DNA of 64,000 nt, taken from an uncultured Gemmatimonadaceae bacterium (GTDB taxonomy: Bacteria > Gemmatimonadota > Gemmatimonadetes > Gemmatimonadales > Gemmatimonadaceae). Location of the stretch: NCBI GenBank assembly GCA_963829055.1, contig CAWHHI010000010.1, positions 1 through 64,000 of the forward strand, read 5' to 3'. Numbering within the stretch: the stretch's first letter is position 1; every line of letters begins with the position of its first letter. Positions 34,508-46,127 of this stretch are shown here, in pieces. The translations under genes and the position numbers were made by a program. The notes below the pieces were generated by a model. That model did no database searches. It had not been told where the DNA came from and saw only the letters and a program-made list of their open reading frames with translations.

Positions 34508-37471
34508 GTGTTTCGCGAGATTCCCTGGGCAGCACTGGCGCTGCTGCTCGCGGCCCGCGTGGCGATCGCACAGACGGGCACGCTCGTCGGCCGGGTGACG
34601 AATGCACTCACCGGGGCCGCCGGTGACCACGGCGGAGGTGACGGTCACCGGAACCCCGTTGACAGCGCGGGTAGACGCGGACGGGCGATTCCGCCTGCCT
34701 AACGTCCCGATCACCGCCCACGAGGCACGCGCACGTGGGTTGGGCTACCAGCCGAGCCACCGTCACGTTCTCGCTCACGGCCGACGCGACCGCAGCCGTC
34801 GCGATCCCGATGACCGCCAGCACGATCGAGCTGGATGCCGTCATGGTCACCGGCGCCGTGGGCGACACGCGTCGACGAGCGGTCGGTCATTCGGTCGCGG
34901 TCGTGAACGGGAGGGAAATCGTCGGCCGATCCGCCGTCGCGAACCTCACGGAAGTCCTCCAGGCCAAGGTCCCGGGACTCACTGTCGCGCCGACGTCCGG
35001 CACCGTCGGCACGGCAGCGAGCTACCGACTGCGAGGCGCGGGGTCGCTCGGCGCCTCGAACACGCCGACGATCTATGTGGATGGCGTGCGAGTGAGCGCG
35101 CGCAGCCAGGGCAACTATGACGTCTTCGGGCAATCGACGACGGCGCTCGATGCCATCAGCCCAGCGGACATCGAGTCGATCGAGGTCATCAAGGGACCGT
35201 CGGCGTCCACGCTCTACGGGGCCGAAGCGGCGGCGGGCGTGATTCAGATCTTCACGAGGAAAGGCCGACCGGGACGAACCCGATGGGACGCTCGTGTCGA
35301 GACCGGGCGGTCCGACTGGGACGAGCGCTCGCGGCCGGAGAACTTCGCGGTGGTGACGGCCGCGCGCCGCGACAGTGTCGCGGACTACCCCGGCTTCCAG
35401 GGAAAGGCGTTAGGCGATCTGGTTTCATTCCGGCCCATGTCGGACGGCCGGGCGCTTCGCGGCGCCGACCTGTCCAAGCTCGTGCTCTCGGCGAGCGGCG
35501 GGGCCGAGCGATACACCTTCTTCGTATCCGCGGCCCGAACAAGGGAAGAGGGTGTGTATCTCAACAACTACTCCAACCTCACGTCGGCTCGGGCGAATGT
35601 CACGCTCGTCCCGACGAACACGCTCAGCTTCACCACGAACGTCTCGCTCAGCCGCACGCATCTCCGGCTGCCACTGAGCGACAACGCCGGTCCGTATGGC
35701 CTGATGGCCAGCTCGTACCTCGCGGTACCGGGGAAGCTGTACCGGACGTCAGGCGAGCAGAATTACTCAGCTGATCAACCCGGAACAGGCCGCGGCGTAC
35801 GACAATCAAACACGGGCCGACCGATACACCATCGGCGCGAGTGCTGACTACACGCCGTACTCCTGGCTCAGGAATGCGGTCCGTGTAGGACTGGACGCGA
35901 ACGTCGGACAAGCGGATCTGTACTTTCCGCCAACCGTGTCGCCCGCGTACGTCGCGCGCGTGAGCCTCGGTCTCGACAATTCGAAGGGTGTCATTGCGCA
36001 GGGGCGGCCACTCACGCACGATATCACGGTGAGCTACGACGGGACCGCGACGCGCCGCTGGTCCGAGCGGCTCGTGTCGACGACATCGTTAGGCATGCAG
36101 TACCTCGCGACCACGTTCCGGCGCACCGATGCGTTCGGGGTCGATTTCGGCAGTGGCGACCTGCGTTCGATCACGTCCGCCGCGGTGAGAACCGGCAGCG
36201 ACTCGTTGTCCGAGCAGAAATCCGTCGGGTTCTACGGGCAGGAGCAACTGTCGCTCGACGATCGGCTGTTCGTCACGCTGGCCGCACGGGTGGACAACAA
36301 CTCCGCGTTCGGCCCGACGTTGCACCGGGTGGTCTATCCGAAGGCGTCGATCTCGTACGTGATGTCGGACGAGCCGTACTTCAAGGTGCCTGGAATCAGC
36401 GCACTGCGATTGCGCGCGGCGTGGGGGCAGGCGGGCAACTCACCGGGTCCGTTCGATGCCACCCGTTCTTACGTCTCATCGGTCGTCACGACGAGCAGCG
36501 GTTCGACGTCCGCGCTGCGGTACGCATCGGCTGGCAATCCCGACCTTCGTCCGGAGCGCGGCTCCGAGATCGAGCTCGGCTTCGAGAGCGCATTCCTCGG
36601 CGGACGCGCATCGCTGGACGCCAGCTACTACCAGAAGACCACCCACGACGCGCTCATCCCGGTCCCTGTCGCTGCATCCACCGGCTTCGTCGGGGACCAG
36701 CTCACGAACCTGGGCGAGATCTCCAACAGGGGAATCGAGCTCCTGCTGAGAGGCACTCCCGTGCAGCACAGGCGGCTGACGATCGACGCGTCCATTTCGC
36801 TGGTGACCAATCACAACGAGCTGGTCGCGTTCGGATACGACCGCGGGCCGCTGATCTTCGGCTTCAACGCACTCTCGCAGCGCCATCAGGAGGGGTTTCC
36901 GCTCGGCGGTTTCTGGGCGCAGGTGCCGCAGTACAATCCGGACGGAACGCTCGTGGTCGTCGATGGCCGCCCGGTACCCGACACGGCCAGTGCGTACGTG
37001 GGGTCGTCGGTGCCGACGCGCGAGATGTCTTTCTCCACCGGCATCCTGCTGTTCGGCCGTCTGCGCGTCTTCGGGCTCGCCGACTACAAGGGTGGGCACT
37101 ACCAGTTCGACGTCACGGACTGGCGGCGTGACGTTGCCGGCGTCTCGTGGGAGACGGTGAATCCCGCCGCGGATCCGGACGACGTCCTGGTGCGTCAGTC
37201 CGGGAATCTCACGGCGCTGCATATCCAGAAAGCGGATTTCGTCAAATGGCGCGACCTGTCGATCAGCTATGCGATAGCAACACGCGCCGTACACCGGGTC
37301 GCTCGATCGGCGACGATCACGGTCGCAGGGCACAATCTCACGACGTGGACCCGATATCGCGGCGCAGACCCGGAGGTCAACTACAGTGGACCAACGCGGT
37401 TCAACCGCGATGATCTGTGGACCGCGCCGCAGACGCGCCGCTACTCCGCCGCCGTGGCTCTCTCCTTCTGA
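34508..37471 (+). CDS. SusC/RagA-like TonB-dependent outer membrane receptor 1, frameshifted
   Basis: Signal peptide, LDAVMVTG, RLRG..S....P.IYVDGV, DIESIEVIKGPSASTLYG.EAAAGVIQI, GNPDLRPER, C-terminal F. Confidence 0.9.
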
Positions 37472-37473
37472 CG

Positions 37474-38781
37474 ATGACATCGATCATTCCACGCGTCACG
37501 GCCGCGAGGGTGCAGGTGGCGAAAACGATGCGGCACGCCGCCGTCGCCTCCTTCATCGCGTTAGGCGCCGGCGGATGCGATGGACTGTTGAAGGTGAACA
37601 ACCCCGCATCCTTGCAGGAAGGACAGCTCGATGATCCCGTGCTCGAGCCGTTCATCATCAACGGCGTGATCGGCGAGTTCCAGTTCGCCTACACGAACTA
37701 CGCGTTCTTCTCCGGCGTTCTTGCCGATGAGGGGTTCCTGGATCACATCAACGTGAACCTCCGCGAGTTCGCGCTCCACAACTTCAACGACATCAACGCC
37801 ACGAACGAGTCGGTGTATGGGAGTCTCCAGCAGGCCAGACAGGCCGCGGACAATGCCGTTGAGCGCGTGAAGAAGATGCTCGGAACCAGGCCGGACGTGA
37901 ATCTCAGCGTCGCCCGCGCGCTGATTTACGGCGGCTATTCATATGTGCTGCTTGGCGAGGGGTTCTGCGAAGCGCCCGTCAATCTCAGCGCTCCGCTCCC
38001 GTCCACAGAGCTCCTCACGAGAGCCATCGCCCACTTCGATGAAGGCATCGCTGCGGCCACCGCGGCGACGACGCCCGCGAACGCGGTGGCGGCGCAGGAT
38101 CTCATTTCGCTGGCACGGGTTGGTGCGGCGCGCGCGTCGCTCAAGAAGGGCGACCTGGAGAAGGCCCGCACGTACGCCCTGGCGGTGCCCGACGGCTACG
38201 AGCGGTTGGCCTACTACTCCGCGAACTCCGCCCGTGAGAACAATGCGATCCAGATAGCCGTACGACAGGCCCAGCCCTGGCTCGGCATGCAGGCGAGATT
38301 TCGGAGCCTCGACGATGCGCGGGTGCCGCAACCGCCGACGCCGCGTGTGTCGCTCGCCGGAAACTCGATCTTTCCGCCCCAGAAGCCGTCGATGTACGGG
38401 GGTTGGACCGGAAGACTGCCCGGCCAGCCGATCGACGTCGCCAGCAGCGTCCGATTCGCCAGCGGTCTGGAAGCTCGGTACATCGTGGCGGAAGCCGATG
38501 GTCCCGGCGCTGCCATGCTGACCTTCGTCAACGGACGCCGCGCCTCGGCCGGCAAGCCGCCCGTCAACCTCGACGGCGCCGCCCTGGTGACGGAGTTCCG
38601 GATGCAGCGGGCCTTCGACTTCTACCTGACCGGGCAGCGGCTGGGCGACCTGCGTCGTTATGCCGACGCAGGAACCGATCTTTTCCCGACCGGGAAGTAC
38701 CCGACGCTGCGCGACTCGTACGGGGCCATGCACTGCTTCATCGTCCCGCTCAGCGAGAAGTCGAGTAACCCGAACTACTAG
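37474..38781 (+). CDS. SusD/RagB-like lipoprotein 1
   Basis: Lipobox AGGC...L.V.NP, LGEGFCE, G.RLGDLRR, C-terminal P.SE...NPNY. Immediately follows the SusC. Confidence 0.8.
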   Translation: MTSIIPRVTAARVQVAKTMRHAAVASFIALGAGGCDGLLKVNNPASLQEGQLDDPVLEPFIINGVIGEFQFAYTNYAFFSGVLADEGFLDHINVNLREFALHNFNDINATNESVYGSLQQARQAADNAVERVKKMLGTRPDVNLSVARALIYGGYSYVLLGEGFCEAPVNLSAPLPSTELLTRAIAHFDEGIAAATAATTPANAVAAQDLISLARVGAARASLKKGDLEKARTYALAVPDGYERLAYYSANSARENNAIQIAVRQAQPWLGMQARFRSLDDARVPQPPTPRVSLAGNSIFPPQKPSMYGGWTGRLPGQPIDVASSVRFASGLEARYIVAEADGPGAAMLTFVNGRRASAGKPPVNLDGAALVTEFRMQRAFDFYLTGQRLGDLRRYADAGTDLFPTGKYPTLRDSYGAMHCFIVPLSEKSSNPNY

Positions 38782-38895
38782 GTCGTACTCGCCTGGTCAC
38801 GGATCGGGACGCCCTGTCTTGACGCCGTCGCGGTCCGCGTGCTGCTTAGGGGCGCTCGCCCCTTCACGACCCGTACTCCCACACCGGAGGTCACG

Positions 38896-41747
38896 ATGTC
38901 GTTTTGCCGTGGACTGATGATCATGAGCGTCGTCCTCGTGCCGTTAGGTACGACCCTCCCACCACCACTTCTCGCGCAAGGCGGTACAGGTACGATCCGT
39001 GGGCTCGTCAGTCGATCCACCGCCGATTCGCCCGTTCCCGGTGCCCAGGTGTTCATCGTCGGGGGAAAGCTTGGTGCCGTTACCGGGAATGACGGTCGGT
39101 ACACGTTCTCCGAGGTGCCGCCCGGAACACACACGGTCCGCGTTCGTGCGCTCGGATTCCAGCCGATCGAGAAGACCGTCGAGGTCACCGCTGGTCAGGC
39201 AGCTACCGCGGACTTCGTGGTGACGTCGGCGCCGATCGCGCTCGACGAAGTCGTCGTCACCGGCACCGCCGGCTCGGCGCGCAAGCGCGAGGTCGGCAAC
39301 TCGATCAGTCAGGTCAAGCTGTCGGAGACTCCCGAGGTCACGAGCAACGTCTCGAATCTCATCTCCGGACGCATGGCTGGCGTGAGCGTATCCGGCGGCA
39401 CCGGGAACGCGGGCGCGGGATCCTCGATCCGTCTGCGCGGCACGACCAGCGTCGCGCTCTCGAACCAGCCGCTGATCTACGTCGACGGCGTCCGCACGCG
39501 GAGCGATGAGTATCCCCGCAACGGCATCTTCACCGGAACGACGCAGCGCGGCGCCAACGCGTACGGCAGTCCGCTCAACGACATCAATCCCGAAGACATC
39601 GAGCGCATCGAGATCGTGAAGGGCGCGGCCGCGGCCACGCTGTTCGGTACCGACGCCGCCGCGGGTGTCATCCAGATCTTCACGAAGCGCGGCGCCAACG
39701 GCAGCGCCAAATGGAATACGCAGTTCAACACCGGCATCAGCAAGCTGCAGCAGTTCGGTACGGACTCGGTCCCGCTGCTGTTCATGGACCCGTTCGTCCG
39801 GAACGGCGTGCGCTACGGCGGGTCGGCGCAGGTGTCGGGCGGTGCTGGAGACGCGCTGCGCTACCTCGTGTCCGGCGGCGCCGACCTGACGCAAGGCGTG
39901 CTGCCTAACGACGACGAGAAGAAGTATCAGCTCCGCACCAACATGGACTTCCTGCCGGTCAAGAAGATCGCCATGGGCGTGAGTGTGGGATACACGAACA
40001 ACCTCGTTTCGCAGACGCCCGCCGGGAACAACGCGCAGGGGATCACGCTCAACGCGTTCCGCCGCGACCGGAATTACTTCGCGAACGCAAACCCGGACAC
40101 GATCCGCCAGGTGCTCCAGCAGCAGCTCAAGAGCAACATCGACCGCTTGATCATGGGCACGACCATCACCGCGACGCCCATCGCGAACTTCTCCAGCCGG
40201 TTCACGATCGGATACGACCGCGCCGCGGTCGACAACCGCAACGTGCGCCCCTACGGCTTCCCCGCCGTACCGCTCGGCGTCATCCAGGATCAGCGGTGGG
40301 CGAACAACACGCTGAGCACCGACTGGGTGAACAGCTACGACTTCAATGTGAGGCAGGATCTCAAGATCACGGCGTCCGCGGGCACGCAGTACGTGAACTC
40401 GCTCGTGAGCGATGTGGTGGGCTACAGCGAGAACTTCGCGACGCCAGCCGATCCGACCGTCGCCAGCGGCTCGCTCAAGAACGCGGATGAGAATCGCCAG
40501 CGCGTCATCACCGGCGGCGCGTTCGGGCAGGCGCTGGTCGGGTTCAAGGATCGATACTTCCTGACCGTCGGCGCGCGCATCGACGGCAACAGCGCATTCG
40601 GCGAGGACTTCGGATTCCAGACCTACCCCAAAGTGAGCGGGTCGTGGGTGATCAGCGAGGAGCCGTTCTGGCTGTCGTCGTTAGGTAGCCTCAAGCTCCG
40701 CGCCGCGTACGGCGCGGCGGGCCGAGCGCCGGGCGCCTTCGCCGCGGTGCAGACGTGGACCGCGGTTGGATGGGGCGGCCAACCCGCCGTTCGTCCGAAC
40801 AACTTCGGTAACGCTGACCTCGGCCCGGAGCGGACGACCGAGCTCGAGCTCGGCTTCGACCACAGCGTATTCGACGGCCGCTTGAACATCGACTTCACGT
40901 ACTTCGACGCGACCACCACCGACGCGCTGTTCAACGTCCGATCCATCCCGACGAACGGCTTCCTCAACAACGTGCTCAAGAACGTCGGCGAGATGAGCAA
41001 GTCGGGAATCGAAGTCGCCGTCACCGGCACCGTGTGGGACAGCCCGAGACTCGGCATCAACGCAGGCCTGAACCTGAGCACGAACCACAGCAAGGTCGTG
41101 AGCCTCGGCGGCGCGCCGGCGTTCTCGGTCGGCAACTTCGGCTGGGTGATCGAAGGAGAGCCGGCGCCAGTGCTCCGCGGAAAGGTGATCCGCAATCCTG
41201 ACGCGGTCGGCGTCGCGCCCGACACGTCGTCGAACTACGCGTTCGGACCGAGCCAACCGACGCGCATCATCGGCGGTTCACTGAGCATCCGTACGTGGCG
41301 GAACATCACCATCTCGGCGCGCGGCGAGCACCAGGCGGGCGCGTACATCAACGAAGACGCGTCGTACCAGGCGATCTCGCGATCGGTGCTCTGGCCGACG
41401 TGCTTCGACGCCTACGAGAAGCAGGCGGCCAAGCAAGGCGCTGACCGTCAGGGAGACACTCATGTGCGTTCCCGCGAACGCGCGGCAGGACATGTTCATC
41501 TTCAAGGCCGACTTCTTCAAAGTCCGCGACATTACGCTCACGGTTCCGCTCGGCCACGCGATTCCGAGATCAACGAGCAGCTCGATCGTATTCTCGGCGC
41601 AGAACATTTTCAGGAAGAACTACGGCATGCCAATGTTCGATCCCGGAGATGTCCGGGAACGATGGCTTCAATCCGACCGTGCGATATATCTCGGAGCATA
41701 TCCCGGCGCCCGCAGTGTTCCTGACTTCTCTTCGCGTCTCGTTCTGA
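38896..41747 (+). CDS. SusC/RagA-like TonB-dependent outer membrane receptor 2, frameshifted near the 3' end
   Basis: GGAGG RBS, LDEVVVTG, IRLRG, PLIYVDG, DINPEDIERIEIVKGAAAATLFG, GNADLGPER; ends LRVSF. Confidence 0.92.
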
Positions 41748-41758
41748 GGATCACGTCA

Positions 41759-43012
41759 ATGACCATGACGAAATTCGAGACGATCCGTCGTACGGCGTTC
41801 ACCCTGGGCTCCGCGGCGCTGATCGCGGCCCTGTCGGCGTGCGAGCTCAAGGTCAGCAATCCCGGACCCGTTCAGGCCGACGCGCTCGACGACCCAAAGG
41901 CTCTGACTTCTGTCGTGAACGGCGCTGGACGCGACCTCGCGGAAGCAATCAACTGGACCGCCTACACCGGCGGCGCGGTGGCGCTCGAGATCTTCCCGGG
42001 TGGATCCACCGGCTCGTTCGGTATCACGCCCCGCCAGCAACAGGGCAAGCTCGTCGACGATGACGACGACACGCACTGGAACTTCTCACAGCGCGCTCGT
42101 TGGACCGCGGAGGATGCGGTGGCGCGCGGCAAGACCGTACTCGGCGCGGCAGCGGCGAACAACGCGACCGTCGCACAGGCGCTGGTGTGGGCCGGCTTCG
42201 CGAATCGCCATCTCGGAGAGAACTTCTGCGAGGGTGTGATCAACGGCGGCGCTCCGCAGCCGTACACGGTCTATCTCGAGCGGGCCGAGGCGAACTTCAC
42301 GGAGGCGATCACCGTCGCGGGTGCCGCGAACAACGCGAACCTCGTGTCGGCTGCGACGGCTGGCCGCGCGTCGGTGCGACTGCTCCGCAACAACCTGACG
42401 GGAGCGGCGGCGGATGCGGCGGCGATCCTGAGCCCATTCACGTATCGCATGCCGTACTTCTCGACGGACCTCGATCAGTACAACCGCATCTACTGGGCGT
42501 CCGCGAATCAGCCGTACCGCGCGCATACGGTGTGGAACACGTTCTACGACAGCTATCGCAAGAGCACGCGTGACCCGCGCGTTCCGTTCGACAGCAGTGC
42601 GACGCAGTTGGTGGGCGACGCGGCGGTCGGGAATCTCGGACGCGTGCGCTGGTACTTCCAGACGAAATACCCGGCGCAGTCCTCACCGATCAACCTGGCG
42701 AGCGGTTGGGAGATGCGTCTCATCGAGGCCGAGGCGAAGCTGGTGGCAGGCGACATTCCGGGGGCGATGACGTCGATGAACCTGCATCGCGTCGCGCTGG
42801 GCCTAACGCCGTGGACAGCGGCGAACGCCACGGACGCATGGACGGCACTCAAGCGCGAGCGTGGTATCGAGCTCTGGTTGGAAAGCCGGCGGCTTGGTGA
42901 CTTCCGTCGCTGGGCAGCGCTCTCGCGGCCGGGAACGTCCGACGACATGACGGGGCGCGACCTCTGTTTCGCCACGCCGCTCTCGGAGAAGCAGACGAAC
43001 CCGAACTACTAG
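41759..43012 (+). CDS. SusD/RagB-like lipoprotein 2
   Basis: Lipobox LSAC..V.NP, LGENFCE, EMRLIEAEA, ERGIELWLE.RRLGDFRR, PLSE..NPNY. Confidence 0.82.
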   Translation: MTMTKFETIRRTAFTLGSAALIAALSACELKVSNPGPVQADALDDPKALTSVVNGAGRDLAEAINWTAYTGGAVALEIFPGGSTGSFGITPRQQQGKLVDDDDDTHWNFSQRARWTAEDAVARGKTVLGAAAANNATVAQALVWAGFANRHLGENFCEGVINGGAPQPYTVYLERAEANFTEAITVAGAANNANLVSAATAGRASVRLLRNNLTGAAADAAAILSPFTYRMPYFSTDLDQYNRIYWASANQPYRAHTVWNTFYDSYRKSTRDPRVPFDSSATQLVGDAAVGNLGRVRWYFQTKYPAQSSPINLASGWEMRLIEAEAKLVAGDIPGAMTSMNLHRVALGLTPWTAANATDAWTALKRERGIELWLESRRLGDFRRWAALSRPGTSDDMTGRDLCFATPLSEKQTNPNY

Positions 43013-43077
43013 CCGCGTGCGGCGTGTTGGTCGCGGGTTGCGCGGGCCACGTGCAGACTGCACGTGGCCCGCAGTCA

Positions 43078-43605
43078 TCAGGGTATTGCTCGCCCCATGG
43101 ATGCGGGGATGAGCATTTCAGGCGGATCGACGGGATTGGGGGTCGAGCCCGTCGACTTGCCGCCCTTGTTCAGCACGTAGGCCACCGACGCGACGACCGC
43201 CACGCCCAGGCCTACGCCTATCACCGTCGTGCGCGCTCGGTCCAGACGCCGAGATTCCACGCGCAGCACGTCGGAGCGGACAAGCGTCAGCGGATGCACC
43301 TGCGTCTTGAGGCGGACGTTCGCTTCCATGTAGCTCGTGGGCACCGCGAGCTGCACCGTGTCCGACTCGAGCCGCGAGACCGTCCCACTCACGTTGAACC
43401 CGTCGAGCAACCGGCTGAGCGAGTCGGACTCCGTTCGCAGCCGGTCGACGGCGACCGCGGACAACTGCATGCGCACGGCCATGTCCGGCTCCAGTTCGGT
43501 GACCGGAACGGGCACGTAGCGATAGCAACCAGCGGTTGCTCCGAGGCAGACTGCGACCGCAGCCCGGGACAGTCGCGCACCACGACGGACGAAGAGTGTA
43601 ACCAT
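43078..43605 (-). CDS. Hypothetical lipoprotein
   Basis: Signal peptide with TAGC-YRYVPV and a C-terminal hydrophobic segment. Confidence 0.7.
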   Translation of the reverse strand: MVTLFVRRGARLSRAAVAVCLGATAGCYRYVPVPVTELEPDMAVRMQLSAVAVDRLRTESDSLSRLLDGFNVSGTVSRLESDTVQLAVPTSYMEANVRLKTQVHPLTLVRSDVLRVESRRLDRARTTVIGVGLGVAVVASVAYVLNKGGKSTGSTPNPVDPPEMLIPASMGRAIP

Positions 43606-43719
43606 GCTGTGCCTCGTTGAGTGACGAGTGAATCTCGCGCTAACAGTGCGACATGGCGCGCGTTCTCGCAAAGGTGTCATCCCGAGGAGGGAATGACGGC
43701 ATGCTTTGGCGTCTCTGGA

Positions 43720-44160
43720 TCCAACAGCGACGCAGAATTCGCAGGCGGGCGCTTCGCGGCCGCAACGCAGAAGGCCGCAGAAAACTGCAACGGCCACGGC
43801 AACTGCTATTCAGCGCGGAGGGCTGCTTCGGCAACCATCGAGACGGACCGCTCCGACAGCACATCCAGAACCCAGAGTGTTGAACTGATTGGGCGGAAAC
43901 GACTGAAACGGCCCAATGTGATCGCGACCGGTACAGATCGCGCAACGGGGCCTTTTGAAAAAGGGAGAACGGCCTCGGGAGACCAGTGCGTCCCGAGGCC
44001 GTTCTCCTTCAGTCGCGGCTCGTTGCGCCGCCGACTCTCCCGGCATCAGGTGCGATCCGCCCGATCCGATGTTTCCGGCCGTTTCCGTTCCCACCCTCGG
44101 TTCTGGATGCATGGCGAAGCAGTGCTCCGCGTCCTCTGCGTCGCTGTTGGAATGGCGCGC
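43720..44160. repeat. Nested palindromic MITE/REPIN-like element, copy 2
   Basis: TCCAACAGCGACGCAGA arm at 43720 and TCTGCGTCGCTGTTGGA arm at 44135. Central ACGGCCTCGGG...CCCGAGGCCGTTC hairpin as in 164-433. Confidence 0.8.
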
Positions 44161-44203
44161 CCGACTGTACCTGACGCGAGACCGGCTACACGGTCCTCAC
44201 AGG

Positions 44204-44272
44204 AGATCCCTCGCGGTCGCTCGGGATGACAGCACTGTCGCTCGGGATGACGGCACTGTCGCTCGGGATGAC
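44204..44272. repeat. Three tandem GTCGCTCGGGATGAC half-REP units
   Basis: 21-bp period. A similar triplet occurs at 52640-52712. Confidence 0.8.
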
Positions 44273-44310
44273 ACCGACGCCGCGGCACTGCCTTCGCGGT
44301 TGCGTCTCAC

Positions 44311-45795
44311 ATGACCGCGAAGGCACCGGAATCGCCGCCAGCCCTCACCAGTAACACCACGAGCTATCTCTACGCGCGGTGGATCTTCCTGCGCGCGCTC
44401 GGACTCATTTTCCTCTCGGCGTTCTATTCGTTCGCGTTTCAGATCCATGGGCTCATCGGCGAGCGCGGGATCCTGCCTGCTCGCGATTACCTGGCGCAGG
44501 TCCACACCGTACTCGGCGGCATCAGGCAGTTCTGGTACGCGCCGACGCTGCTGTGGATCGGCTCGGGAGACACCGCGCTCACCGTGCTCATCGCCGCCGG
44601 CGTCGCGTGCTCCGTCCTCCTCGTGGCGAACGTGTGGCCGAAGCTCAGCGTCGCGCTGTGCACCGTGCTCTTTCTCTCGTGCATCGCGGCGCTCCAGGAT
44701 TTCTCGTCCTATCAATCCGATGGGATGCTCCTCGAGGCGGGCTTCCTCTCCATTTTCTTCGCGCCGCGTGGAGTATGGCCGAGGCTCGGTGTCGAGAATC
44801 CGCCGTCGCGGTGGAGTCTGTTCATGCTCCGCTGGGAGTGGTTTCGCATCTATTTCGAGTCCGGACTCGTGAAGCTCCTGAGCGGAGACCGTCACTGGCG
44901 CGATCTCACGGCGATGGACGAGTACTACCAGAACGGACCGCTGCCGACGTGGATCGGGTGGTACGTGCAGCATCTACCGCACTGGTATCACGCCGCAACG
45001 GTCGTCATCACGCTCGTCGTCGAGCTCGCGATCGTGTGGGCGGTGTTTCTTCCCCGCCCCTTCCGCCTGCTTTGCGCGGCTGCCGTGACCGCGCTCCAGA
45101 TCGGCATCATCGCGACGGCGAACTACGCGTTTCTCAACTACCTCGTCCTCGTGCTCGGCGTCCTGTTGCTCGACGACGCCGTCTTCGCCCGGTGGAGACG
45201 GGTGGATACCGAGCGGCCCGCCCGCGTGGAGACGCGCTGGCGCTCGATCGTTAGGCGTGCCGAGGTCGGCGTGATGGCCGTCCTGTTCTACGCGACGATC
45301 GTCGCGTTCTTCGACCGCGGATCGGCATCGCCCCTGATGGCTCCCGCGCGACTGCTGGCGCCGTTCCGCATCGCGAACGCGTACGGCCTGTTCGCGGTGA
45401 TGACCGAAGCGCGTTATGAGATCGAGTTCCAGGGCAGCCGTGATGGCGTGACCTGGGTCGCGTACCCGTTCCGGTACAAGCCGCAGAACCCTAACGAGCC
45501 GCCGGGTATCTACGCGCCGTATCAGCCACGCTTCGAGTGGAACCTCTGGTTTGCGTCGCTCGGACCGTGGCAGCAGTCCTCGTGGGTCGTGCTCGCACAG
45601 CGGCGGCTGATCGAGGGGAGCCCGGCAGTGCTGCGACTGTTCCGCGGCGATCCATTCCAGGGAAAGCCGCCCGCGTTGGTGAGAACGGTGCTCTGGCAGT
45701 ACTGGTTCACCGATCTCGACACCAAGCGGAAGACCGGCGCGTGGTGGCGACGCACGGAGCTCGGCCCGTTCACGGGGGTCGTGGGCGAGCCGTGA
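44311..45795 (+). CDS. Lipase maturation factor (LMF1) family membrane protein
   Basis: FLRALGLIF..AF, GERGILP, D.MLLEAGFL, FESGLVKL..GD..W.DLTA, PLPT, ANY.FLN, N.YGLFAVMT..R.EI, APYQPR..W..WFA. Confidence 0.92.
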   Translation: MTAKAPESPPALTSNTTSYLYARWIFLRALGLIFLSAFYSFAFQIHGLIGERGILPARDYLAQVHTVLGGIRQFWYAPTLLWIGSGDTALTVLIAAGVACSVLLVANVWPKLSVALCTVLFLSCIAALQDFSSYQSDGMLLEAGFLSIFFAPRGVWPRLGVENPPSRWSLFMLRWEWFRIYFESGLVKLLSGDRHWRDLTAMDEYYQNGPLPTWIGWYVQHLPHWYHAATVVITLVVELAIVWAVFLPRPFRLLCAAAVTALQIGIIATANYAFLNYLVLVLGVLLLDDAVFARWRRVDTERPARVETRWRSIVRRAEVGVMAVLFYATIVAFFDRGSASPLMAPARLLAPFRIANAYGLFAVMTEARYEIEFQGSRDGVTWVAYPFRYKPQNPNEPPGIYAPYQPRFEWNLWFASLGPWQQSSWVVLAQRRLIEGSPAVLRLFRGDPFQGKPPALVRTVLWQYWFTDLDTKRKTGAWWRRTELGPFTGVVGEP

Positions 45796-46127
45796 TCGCG
45801 GCCGCCCACATGCCTCATCTCATTTCAGGCCATCGATCAGAGTTCCCGAGGCATTGGGCCGACAGCCGATGCCGACACCAACAGCAACATCGCCGGCAGT
45901 AACAAAGTCAGCAGTGCTCTCGACCCAAAGTCCCGGAACGTGAACAGCACGATCACGAGGCCGACCGCGCGGACCCGACAGATTGCGTTGGACACCAGGG
46001 AATTCAGCCGGGTCGGATGCGGGCTTCGTGCCAATGCCGCGTTATGCAGCCGAAATGATTCGTCGCTAGTGAGCCGCCTCGGGCGATGTCCATGCTCGAG
46101 CTACCGCCGTTAGGCATGTGCGAGGAC

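Noticed and set aside
44204..44272. Tandem 21-bp units (also 52640-52712) read as a CRISPR array
   Set aside because: The spacers are only about 6-8 nt, the units are REP half-ends, and there are no cas genes.
45796..46127. ORF 45837-46034 in a somewhat lower-GC gap
   Set aside because: It has a short hydrophobic stretch but no RBS or family motif. It may be a remnant but cannot be supported.
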